Positions 14,260 to 25,300 of a stretch of DNA of 64,000 nt are shown here, one piece after another. Both the position numbers and the translations under genes were made by a program. Under the pieces are notes generated by a model. It saw nothing but the letters and a program-made list of their open reading frames with translations. It was not told where the DNA came from and ran no database searches. Numbering within the stretch: the stretch's first letter is position 1; each line of letters opens with the position of its first letter. Source of the stretch: Podarcis bocagei (Eukaryota); assembly GCA_964188305.1 (NCBI GenBank), contig OZ076887.1, one strand, 5' to 3'.

Positions 14260-14975
14260 AAGTCCCTTTAACAGTGTGGACACTGTGCTTGTGTGAGACA
14301 CGGAAGTCTCCTGAGTTCAAAGTTGAAGAACTGCACTGAAAAGCAGTTAGGTGGGGTGGGGTGCAGCTACTGTGTACAATTTGAGGAACTGCTATGATCT
14401 AAAAGGTATGGTCAGTGAGTGGACTGGACAATTGCTGGCAAAACCAAGAGCATCCCTGTTAAGGGAGACTTTCTTCAGTGGAAAGGTCCTTGGGCACACA
14501 TCGATAAAGTCATACCCTCCTTGACTGCATTGTTCTCCGATGATCATCAGTAAGAGCATCCCTTAAGAGCTCAGGAACCAGTGTATCTTATCCAAAGATT
14601 CTTGGCAGTGTTGCATGTGGAGAAGTCAAGTCAGCTTTTGAAGACACCTGCAACAAAGGCTGCATGAATGAAATAAGTCAGTGAAGGTTTATGACAGAGG
14701 TTTCACCAGAGAATCAGGACAAGCCTTTTAATGTGGAAACACCCTGGAGATTTTGAAGAAGGTTGCCCATCCTTGCCTAATCAAGATAAAAAGACTTCTT
14801 TGAAGAAAAAGACTTTACATTCTCTTGGAATTTATGGAAGGCAAGAAGCTTGTTTGGCAAGGATCTGTGCCCATCAAGATTAAACGAAGTGACCTCCATG
14901 TTTTATTTCTATCAGATACGGTTGGCTATGCAATACCTTTATGAACTTGGCATTATTCACCGGAACTTGGAGCTG
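14260..14975 (+). pseudogene. CHEK2: Intronless decayed CHEK2 (Chk2 checkpoint kinase) copy
   Basis: Frameshift-corrected translation of 14539-14975: DD.Q*EHP.ELRNQCILSK/ILGSVACGEVKSAFEDTCNK...FNVET/EILKKVAHPCLIKIK/DFFEEKDF/ILLEFMEG../LFGK...RLNEVTSMFYFYQIRLAMQYLYELGIIHRNLE. This is collinear with CHEK2 ([61 protein letters not shown]). Weaker SQ/TQ-region and FHA traces at 14260-14520. Stops and frameshifts present. Confidence 0.85.
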
Positions 14976-15635
14976 GCACACCATGACATGACAAAGAGTC
15001 CAGCCCTGCTGCTTCACAGAAACTGGTCCCAGGCAGTCAGAAAAGGCAAAAGCACAGAGTCCATATGACATTGCTGAAATAGCAAGGAGAGTTGAGCCAT
15101 CACACTGAAATGCAGCAGAGGTGGTGGCAGAAGTGGCAGCAAGCCAGAAAGAGAAAGTATATGTGCGTGTTTATATATACTGACTGTGTATATTGTATAT
15201 GCAATATTACACTGTAATGTGTGCTGCTAAGAATGGACTGTGTCCAGTGTACTGGACTGTGTACAATGTACTCACAAGTCTAACTGAAACAAAAACGATA
15301 AGCAACTAATAAAGACAACCACAGAAAACAGGACACAGCAGTATATTTCCCCCCTCCACAAGCACATTCTTCCTTGCAAGCATTGTGGATGCACAATGTT
15401 GGGTGAGACCCTCAATGATCGAAGTCAAGCTCTTCTCCTCCCTCCTGGAATTTTCCTTAAATGGTGTTGTTTTCATGTTTTGCTACAATCTGGAGTCTGG
15501 CTTCTTTTGAGAGTATTTTGAGTTCCAGATTGCTCTGGATCAACTCAGGGCAACCCAGTCTGGATTTTGCATGAATTGTCTAAATTTAGTTTGGGAAACA
15601 AGATTTGACCAAATTGATTTGCACAACCCTAATAA

Positions 15636-15998
15636 GGGAAGCGGGTGGCGCTGTGGGTAAAACCTCAGTGCCTAGGACTTGCTGATCGTATGGTCAGCGG
15701 TTCGAATCCCCGTGGCGGGGTGAGCTCCCGTCGTTTGGTCCCAGCTCCTGCCCACCTAGCAGTTCAAAAGCACCCCTAAGTGCAAGTAGATAAATAGGTA
15801 CCGCTTTATAGCAGGAAGGTAAACGGCGTTTCCGTGTGCTGCGCTGGTGCTGGCTCGCCAGAGCAGCTTTGTCACGCTGGCCACGTGACCCGGAAGTGTC
15901 TTCGGACGGCGCCGGCTCCTGGCCTCTTAAGCGAGATGAGCGCGCAACCCTAGAGTCGGTCACGACTGGCCCATACGGGCAGGGGTACCTTTACCTTT
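15636..15998 (+). mobile_element. Sauria SINE (Squam1-type), full length
   Basis: tRNA-like head with A box (GGTGGCGCTGTGG) and B box (GGTTCGAATCC), Bov-B-like 3' end (GAGTCGGTCACGACT), (ACCTTT)n tail, short AATAA TSD; CpG-rich, so probably young. Confidence 0.9.
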
Positions 15999-16182
15999 AA
16001 TAATTACTAAACAAATATTAAGCTAGGTAATGATAACAGCACAAACAAAAGCAGCCTGCAGCAACACAAGAAAGAAGAGAGGGAAGGAAACATCTGCTTG
16101 CACCCATCTATTCCATTCTCTATATAACAATATATTGGTTGTAAATTGCTTTGAGTTGCCTTTGGCAAGAAAAAGTAACATT

Positions 16183-16184
<2 letters not shown>

Positions 16185-16253
<69 letters not shown>
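16185..16253. repeat. (AAT)23 microsatellite
   Basis: Perfect trinucleotide run; source of the poly-L and poly-I ORFs in the track. Confidence 0.97.
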
Positions 16254-16254
<1 letters not shown>

Positions 16255-18180
16255 TACTGTGACCATCATCCGTATATAGAGAGTTCAAATGCTAACCATT
16301 TTTTAAAATAAAACCTCCTCATAATTTCCATCCTTTTCCTTATAACTGAAAATTATGAACCTCCACTTCATATGCAAATAAGGGTGTTTGTTCTGCTGTT
16401 CTAGTAAAAACACATATTCTTTGGGGTGTGCAAATATTTTCATTCCTTCTCCTCGCCTTGCCCTCATTCCAGATGCTTAAAGTATTGGGTCACATAAAAT
16501 GCAGTAATTTCTAATGTGGCTATTGCAGTAAAGTGTTGTTTTTTTTTATGGGAGGGGGTCGCCGATACAGCTCCTTGCAAAGTGCACAAGGGAGCCTAGG
16601 TACACCTCTGAGTTCTGGAAGACGCTAGTAATCCATCTTGCTGCAACCCTCCACCTAAAATTAAGCCCTGGTGCGAAGGGCACGAGAAAGCATATAGCCA
16701 GCTACTTTTGCCTAGCTAGAACATAAGATGGGGGCTGTCTTTCATATAACCTGCTGGAATATCTTTTTACCTGAAAAGGTCATTTCCATCAGCAATGCCT
16801 GTTATTCAGAATGGCCCATTATTTTTCTCCAAGCTTTCTACTATTTCATTCTTTCTGGAAACAAGCCTGTGCTTGTCTCAAAGGTCTGTGCATTAATATA
16901 ATCCCAAAGCATGCTTTAAGGATTCACTGCACAACCCCAATACTTATGCTGGAAAGGACAAAGAACAGATTGCATTTTTAATGTGGTCATGCATGGAAAC
17001 ACTTTCGCCAAAATTAAATGGCTGCCATAGAAATGTATGGGTTGGATTTATGTTATCAAGTCCGGTTTATTATGGTTAATAAGGTGACCCTAAACTGACA
17101 CGTGACCAGTTATTCCCCTTACTCTTTTTCCAGTACACCAAAACCGCAGCATATTGAACAGTAGAATTCAAGACAATGTGCCCTTTTTATCTGGTGTCCT
17201 TTTTCTGCTAGCAGCTCACATGAGCCCAGGGGTCATCACTGTGTCTGAATGAACTACACAACTAGAACGGAAAACTGTAATCAGAATTAGACTGGAAACA
17301 AATACATTGAAGGGTAGCTGTTCCTAACCCAAGATTGCTAATAATCTTCACTTGGGATAATAATTCTCTTTATTTAAATGCTTTTCAACATATCCAATTA
17401 TGCTGTTACAGCCTGCATCTCGATGTTAGATGCAGATGCATGTGATCAAATCCAAGATTTTGCTTAGAATAGCAGCTTTGGGGTGCTGCTGTTTAGAAAG
17501 AGGATCAGCATAGGGGCTGATGAGCTCTTTCCCCATTTCCCTGCTCCATCCCCCAAGGGGATTTCAACCATCTCCTTCCCCACTCTCCACTGTCCCCAGG
17601 ATAATAGTGTGAAAGTATTTTCCATTTGACATGAGCATAAATCTAGTTCAACAATAAACACCACATCTACTTTATACTGTGGAAGGCAAATGACCGTGTA
17701 GCAGCAATTTGAGTTGGCATACTGTATTGCGTTGTGCCCATCACTTTACCAATAGACATTTTAACAGTTGTCCTTCAGGAACTAGCTTTGTCCTCTTCCC
17801 ATATTTTAATTGTGATATAACTTTTAACTCTTGCATCCATGTTTCCCCCCCCCCCTAGGAAACCTAAGTGAACACGGAGCACCTATCCAGGTATGACAAG
17901 CAACCTAATCATGTCTACTCAAAAGAGCCTCCTCTACACATGTGCAGAGTGTCTTCCCCCCACCCATTGTTTCCCCACCTCCACAATGACTGATCTTCTT
18001 AATACACTCAATTTTCCTTCTCCCTGTCTCTATTCTCCAGCCCCCACTATCCCCCCTTTAGCCTACTCTCACTAGTTTCCTTTTTAGGGGGTCCCCCAAA
18101 TTCTCATTAGGCCCCTGTTCCTTCATACATCCCATTCCCCCTTTCTCTCCCATTCTCACCCCCTTCCAGTAAGCCCTACT

Positions 18181-20145
18181 TGCCTGGACAAGGCATCTTC
18201 TCTCCCACAAAGCCAGACTCCCAGGACAACATTGATTTGGGTCAAAGCTAGCCACACCTTTATTGATTACAGATGTGGATGTTTGGCATAGTCTTCGGCA
18301 TAACCATTGAACCACCAGACCACCTGTTGGAGTATACCTATTTGGGAACAACCCAAGGCAAAGAGGGCTACGATCCACTTCTCCAGCTACAGCGAGGACC
18401 ATTTAGAGGTTGCGCCAGCTGGGAAAGGCCCTTGGAACTCAGTTCCTTTGTTGGGTCATGGCGCAGCGGGGGGGGGGGGAGGCGCTGTCCCACAATGCCA
18501 ACAAGGGGGAAAGGCAGGGAGGGGTGGGGAAGGTGAATCCCAGCATCAGAGGCAGCCTCCAAGTGGCAAAGGAAATGTTTCTCTCCAGGATAGCTCCCTG
18601 ATGCAGAGGCAGCAGCTTAGCTCCCAGCACCACAGGCTCCCTTGGCTCCCTTGTTCACTTCTCTCACACAACTCCTCCAAACCAGGGTGTCATGAACTGG
18701 CAGGACAAACATGAGGAGGAGGAGGAGCCCGGCAAGGGGTGTAGCCAAGACTGGGACACATTGGGGCAAGCTGGGCATGGGGGGGGAGAGGTTGGTATAG
18801 GAAGTACTCACAGGGTCACAGAGGATGGCAAAGGTCAGGGCACAGGAACCAGAGCTGCAGGACCCATCACCAGAGTCAGAGGGGCCCCTGTCTCCACAGA
18901 TATGGTGGGATCATGGAGATGAGCAGAAGGGGTGCCCTAGGAGAGTGAGGCAGGCAAGGGCTCACAGCCCAGTTCCTTAGCTGGCCAGGTGGGGCTCACT
19001 AGCCCTGGGAGGAGGGGTGTGATTCCTCAGCTGGAGTAGGCTTGGATCAGGTGAGGGTGCATATAATCAGCAAGCCAAGTTTAAAATGCAACAGAGCTGA
19101 GGTGCTGTGTTTGCTCAGCTGCCTGTTTTGATGAACCTGGACTTGGATGCTCCTGGACCTCCATGGGTTTGACTCTGGACTGTCTCCTGCCTGCTGGACT
19201 TCAGACTTAGCTACTTGGATTCACCCTGAACTTCATTTCCTGCCATTTGGACTTTGCTTGTGTAAATTGACCCCCAAACTTTCAACTTTGGACTTGGCAT
19301 ACTGACTTGCTGCCAGGTGGGCCAGGGGTTTAGGCCACAGGGCTGGCCAACCCATGAGGCAGTTGCCTCAGATTGGGGGACAGTTGGGAGGAATGGCAGA
19401 TCTTTGAGGAATGTGCTGTGCCGCTCGTTCCCATCTTCTCCTCCACTGCTGCCACATGCTTCTCTCTGGCTATTTTTCTCCCCTACCAAGGCAGCTTTGG
19501 AGTTGGGGGTGGGGAGGTGGCTTTGGCAGCCGGCAGCGACTTTGGCAGTGGCAGCAAAGCCTCTCAGTCTGGCCCTGCTCCAAACCTATTTTCTCACAGC
19601 TTCTTCTACCCTCAACACTACCATTTATCCACCATCACCACCACCCCCGTTGCCAATCACTACCTCACAGTTGCCCCCTCCCCACAACTTGCCCCAATCT
19701 GCTGCTTTTGGAGGAGAGGCGAATGAAGTGGAAGAAGTCTCTCTCCCTTTGACCCTGCTCTGCTGCCCACATCCTTCTGTCAGTGGCACAGAATGAAGAG
19801 GAGAAAAACTATCCCCTCTTCATCCCCTTCTCCTCTGTGAGTGACAGCCTGTGGAATCTTAGGACTGGGCCAAACTGTGAGGAGATGGGGCAGTGCAGAA
19901 AGCCCTGCAGGCCTGGCTAAGCAGGTCACTCGTGTCCTCACTCCTCCTGACCGCTTCATCAGTTGGGCCGCCCACCCATTTAGACCTGGGAGGGGAAGGG
20001 CTTTCCTGCGTCCCACAGGCATGACTCCACAACCTGCCTCTGCGTCGGGACACACCAGTTGAAGGCCTACAAATGAGGTCGTTTCATCTTCCCAAGTACT
20101 GGATCCTTTAAACTGCATTTAACCACAGAGGTGTTAGGCATGACA
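18181..20145. mobile_element. GC-rich degenerate LTR-like region (probably two nested solo LTR-like elements in opposite orientation)
   Basis: TGTCATG LTR-like starts at 18688 (+) and 20145 (-); TATA-like CATATAAT near 19061 (+); AATAAAGGTGTGGC near 18260 (-). No TSD and no gag/pol recognisable. Confidence 0.4.
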
Positions 20146-20179
20146 AGCATGTGTTCTACCTCTGAATTGTGACCATATA

Positions 20180-20375
20180 CACTGGCAGAGGAAGAGGGGG
20201 GCGGGGGAGCACACTGCCCTCAGCAGTACGATCCCAGTGGGGTGCCATCATGGCTGTCCCCACGCTGGGTGCCACACCCCCAGGATGCGCACCACAAACC
20301 TGCGGGCGGCATGCCAGGCCCCTGGGACACGCACCAGCCACACCCCCGGTGCCAGAGCATGAAGCTCTGCCACTG
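20180..20375. mobile_element. GC-rich hAT-type MITE (copy 1)
   Basis: TIRs CACTGGCAGAG / CTCTGCCACTG; TSD ACCATATA / ACCATATG; homologous to 22125-22341. Confidence 0.8.
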
Positions 20376-21195
20376 ACCATATGCTGAACCTAGTTGCTGT
20401 AACATGGCATTTTCTATGTGTGACTGTGTGCTCTTTCTCCATCGCTTCCATCAGTCCACGTATGAGGAAAGGAGACCAGGTGGCAGGCAGGGGAAGTGTC
20501 CATGCACTCAAGGATATGCCACATCGTATTTCGTGGCCCTTCAGTCTTAACAAGGACTTTTTAGCATCCCTTTACATGCAGTCAGTCTGTGTCAGGACAT
20601 ATAGTGAAAATAATGGGCAATGACAGTTTCCAGATGAAGTGACAGATGAAAAGACTCGGCCTCCTTCATCATTTAATTTAGCTCCAGGTTGATGAGTTTC
20701 AGCAGGTTTTGCATTTCGCCCTGAAATGGAAATCTTTAAGATGGAAGCATGGTACTCACCAGGGAGCATCCTATGTGTCTAAAAGCAGCAAATGAACGGC
20801 AAGGCCTGAAACCCAGCTGGGTAGAATCGCTTAGCAATGCAGCAAAACAAGACAGTGCTACCCTCTGGAGTAAGATTACTTTCTTATTGATCCTGCATGT
20901 TACGTGTCTAGGAGCTGGGTATTATTTCTGAGAGCTGACTAACCAACCAGGAGCCCCCAAGCAACAAATAGGTCAGTTTTCCTTTTCAGCAATGTCATTC
21001 TCAGAGGAATCTTTATTCTTCTGGATTCTAAGTACTGTGCAAGCTTCAGTTTACACACTCCAGAGTATAAGCAAGCAATGAAGGAAAGAAAGGGTTCTAG
21101 CTCAGCAGGGACATAGGAAGGCCTCAGGTTTAATCCCTGAGAAAGACCACCACTGCTGGAAGTCAGGTGGACTATTCAGCTGGATAGCTCTACAG

Positions 21196-21546
21196 CACGG
21201 GTGTCAAACACAAGGCCCGCGAGCCGAATCCGGCCTGCCAGACCTCGTCATGTGGCCCGTGTAGCCGCCGCCGGCCACCAGCCTTCACCTTTTATTCTCG
21301 CTTTTTTTTTTTTTTTACACAAGAAAGCCGCCTCTTCAGCGCATGCGCGGCAGCCTACAAGCCAGAGAACATCTGCCCTCTAGCGGCGCCTGCCGTTCTA
21401 CACAGGAAACCTCCACTTTACATGCATTCAGGAAACCTCCACTTGTTTTTATATTGAGCGCATGCCATCCTACAGATACAACCGGCCCTTTGAGGGTGAC
21501 CAAACTGCTGATGCGGCCCCCGATGAATTTGAGTTTGACACCCCTG
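21196..21546. mobile_element. hAT (Charlie/Buster-like) MITE, young
   Basis: TIRs CACGGGTGTCAAAC / GTTTGACACCCCTG; perfect 8-bp TSD CTCTACAG; CpG-rich. Confidence 0.9.
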
Positions 21547-22124
21547 CTCTACAGTGTTCTGACAGCTTCACAAAACATAAAGCAGGATAACAGGTTAATA
21601 CTCATGGAATCCTGCAGTCAGTGTTTGTCTCTGCTACAAATAACAGAAAGGAGAAACCTGGGAGATCAGAGAGCCTGCAGGATAGCCTAGCATCTGTAGC
21701 TACAGGCAACGTATCACACCAGGAAAGAAGATGGGGCAGGAAAGAGAGAAGCCTGGAACTAAGAGAGACTAGAGAAATCTATAAAGGTAGCCCCTTTGAA
21801 GTGTAGACATGACCACCCCAATCCCAGTCTATTTCCTAGTTGCATGTTTAGGATTGACATTTTAATAACGAAGCACATTTAGATAACTGCACACGGTCAT
21901 CAAATTTCTCTGCTATAGAAGTTGTCCTCTGGTTATATGGTCCTCCTGATATTCCTTTGGGATAGGGGTGGATAGCACTTTTTAGCCTGAAGACTGCAGT
22001 CCTTGGGTAGTGAGGGTGCATGCCTGCAATGGGCATGGGCAAAGCTGGCAATGGGCAAGAGACCCTATTTCCTCCACAGAGCTGCAATTCCCAGAGCTCT
22101 CTGAGAAGAGGGATTGATTTTCAA

Positions 22125-22341
22125 CACTGGCGGAGGAAGAGGGGTGCGGGGGGAGCGCAGCACGATCCCGGTGGGGTGCCATCGCGGCTGGGTGCTCCCC
22201 TTGTGCTGGGCACCATGCCCCCAGGACGCACGCCAAGCCCCTGTGGGTGGTGCGCCACGCCCCCAGGATGCGCGCCATGCTACCAGGATGCGCGCCAGCC
22301 CCGCCACTGCCTGTTCTGTGCCCCCTGGTGTTCTGCCACTG
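22125..22341. mobile_element. GC-rich hAT-type MITE (copy 2), nested in an older palindromic element spanning ~22055-22500
   Basis: TIRs CACTGGCGGAG / TTCTGCCACTG; TSD ATTTTCAA / ATTGTTAA; shares ACGATCCC.GTGGGGTGCCATC and CCCCAGGATGCGC with copy 1. Confidence 0.75.
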
Positions 22342-25300
22342 ATTGTTAAACCACTATTGGAACAGTAGTTCTGGGAGAGGGTCTCCTAACAGCTCTCAGC
22401 ACCCTTAACAAACTACAGTTCCTAGAATTATTTAGTGGAAAATTGTGATTACTTAAAATACCATAGGAGTGCCTTGAATGTACAATGCAGATGTGACCTT
22501 AGCTGCAGTTGCCATTCTGGGCAGATCTGCACTGAAACCATTTCACCAGTTGTTTAGGTTTTCTCTGTCCATTAGAACAGGGGACCTTCCAGAGGACAGA
22601 TGTGGTACATGTCTTTGCTTGAATTCAATTTCTGACTGCGGAATTGAGTCCAGGCTGTTCCTTAAAAAGCTTGATGTGAGGTTGATGGCTGAAAAGATAA
22701 GCTCTTTTTCTCCGCCTGCTACTCATCTGCAGCACCAAAATGTAAAAAGTCTGAACTTTTAGCAAAAGGTGCCGATACACAGTTTGTGGCGTCTCATAAA
22801 GGCTATTCTCCATAATGGGCTTTACAAAAATCCTACTCAGAGGGGTTTTTTTTGCCACCTTCTAAATAATCAGTTATTTCGGCTGTTATCTAGCACTTGC
22901 AGGTCTCCTGAACCACAACAGCAGCATTGTGGTAAGCAAAAAATATCTTAGTTGCCAGGAGAGCTTTCCTCCTGGGAGATGTTCATTTTGAACTGTGGGG
23001 CAGTTATTTGCATTGCATATGTTGACACTGGTTTAAGCTTTGAAGGATATTTGGGAGTCATTTTTATTTACAGCTTATTTTTTTTCACATATTAATGTTT
23101 CTGCTATCCTAGACAAAGGGTCCAACTCTGCAGAGTGAATGCCAACGCAGGCCCCAGCCAGGAGCCATTTTTTAAGCACCCTGGTATAGAAAAATCACAT
23201 GGTACCATCCTGTGGGCATTTGCTTCTTTGTGTGGTGAGAAGCACAGCACAGCAACCCTAATGGTGGATGGTTTCAGACTTCTGAGTCCAGTTCAAGAAC
23301 TGGGGTGGAACACTATGAGCAACCTTCTCCCCCCATCAAAACAGAATCAGAGCCATTTCAAAGTGGATCAGCCAAACAGCAGAAAGTGTTATTTTAAGCC
23401 CCCCCAATCCCCCCCCCCCAGTTTAGGCACAATAGTAAATTTTAGCCCAAGAAGGTTGTTCTGAGTCGTCTTTGCCACAAATATTAGATGCAGAAAGGAA
23501 TGCTTATTTCCCTCTCCCCATCGCCTCTGCCACTGTGAAACAAACAAAAATAAAAAAATAGCCTCACAACATCCGCTGTAATAAGTTCAGAAGGAAATAT
23601 ATTGGCTTGTGCAAATGAATGGCAGACATCAAGGCGAAAAGTAATTTTCTATTCTTTTGAAGATGGTTGCCAAAGTAAGCAGGGTGGGAACTACCAGCAG
23701 AAGTGTTGTCTGGCCAAGCCTCTTTAAGATATACCAGTCTTGCCAGACGGAAAACGAACAGCAGCAAAAAATAATACCTTCCCCCCTTACCAAAGAACCC
23801 CTTACAATTCATTTTAAAATGTGCAGCTTCTGGTTTCTCCTTGACAGGAAGAATTGTGAACAGGAAGATTTTTTTAAAATCCCACAAAATAATTTTTCTC
23901 CCCAGGAAGAGAAATCCCCTTCATCTTTTTAACAAAAGCTTGAGAGAGGATTTTTGAAGAGGGAAGACTTCAGTGAGGGTGGGGGAGTGGGGGAGTCAGG
24001 TGTAAATAACAGCATCTAGAGAAACATCACTGATGAATAATTTAAGTATTAAGACAAGAGGCGACAGGAATGATTTCATGGTGAGTTCTGAGGATCGAAA
24101 ATGTAACAGCAATGCAGTGAGTTATTAGCCCCACATGCCTTGTAGTTGTCTGTTTTCTATGCACAGTACCCAATCAGTGCATCAGCAGTGACATTCTATA
24201 ATGGCATTCTTTCTGCCTTTCAGTCATGCAGTAAAAAGCCCCATTGCTTAAGCCCTGGTTGCTACACAAAATGGAAGCATCTCATCTCTGCCTTTTATCA
24301 GAAGGCTTAGCTTTAGTTGCAGAGAGTGACATTTACTAGCCTTGCACAAGGGATTAGGATTCTTGTTTGTCTGGCAGTGCTGAGAATCATCCTAAATGCT
24401 CTGCATGCCAGATCATACTTTGTATCTGGGATCAATTCCACTAATCAACAGCACGAACCAAAATGTCAATCTTTTTCTGACCCACTGAACATGGAATATT
24501 AGCATATTGCCCTCTGAAAATATCCCCCTGCCTTTTTCTCCGTAGATGGGAATGGACCACAAAGACTCAAGATTTAAAGCGGTGGGGGGAAGGGAAGGGA
24601 AGAGCCTATTTGAATACAGCACCAGAATGTGTGGGTGCTTTTCAGGTAGGGTGAAATATAAAGGCCTGGTCTAACTTAATGATCTGGAAGCACAATACCT
24701 CCACATATCAGATCCTTGGCGGAGAGTTCACCTTGATCTAGCCTGCTAGACGTCTGATTTACAGCTCTGCACCAGACTGGAGCTAATCACTGGGGGCAGG
24801 ATGGCAAAGTGAAGCACATAAACAATGACTTTAAAATAAAACAAAATGCTAAAGAGGCTGGGAAGATTGAGCAGGATCTTTACAGAAAATCTGTTGGTTG
24901 CTTGTTTATCAAGAATCCAGTGCTAAAGGCAGCAGTAATGAAATGGGACTGGAATATTAATCTTTCGTTGAGCAGCTCCTTCGGATGATTCAGGCATATT
25001 AGAATCCTTTAATTAATTTTATTGGAACACAAACACTGAGGCGTGCATACATGTTTCAGCAAACGGTGAAAAAACATTGAGAACGATCCATTTCTAATTT
25101 GGATGTTACATTTTCCAACAATCAATGCAATTAGTGATTGCCCCCTGGATAAGCTGCAGCAAAATATGTCATTTTTCTTTTTTATACGTCTTTCCTACAG
25201 CCTTTGAATGCTGAAAAACAAAACAGCAGCAAGTCCTGGTGAAAATAGCTTGAGCACTGCCATCCCTTACTCCTAATTTTCTTATTGATCCGACCACAGC

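Larger units (their letters stand above)
13534..15631. mobile_element. Non-autonomous hAT-type DNA transposon (~2.1 kb) carrying a captured CHEK2 sequence
   Basis: Perfect 12-bp TIRs TAGGGTTGTGCA (13534-13545) and TGCACAACCCTA (15620-15631). 8-bp TSD ATTATTAC (13526-13533) vs ATAATTAC (16000-16007, after removing the Sauria SINE). Repetitive subterminal CCAAT/CAGAT/AATTT motifs at both ends. No transposase detected. Confidence 0.72.

Noticed and set aside
14850-15068. Functional kinase exon
   Set aside because: Flanking homology contains stops and frameshifts, the catalytic HRD is HRN, and no splice sites fit; treated as a pseudogenic cargo.
16007-16311. ORFs with poly-Leu / poly-Ile (apparent signal or membrane peptides)
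   Set aside because: Artefacts of the (AAT)23 microsatellite.
18058-20623. Cluster of long overlapping ORFs (up to 159 aa)
   Set aside because: Stop-poor GC-rich repeat DNA with no recognisable domain or splice structure.
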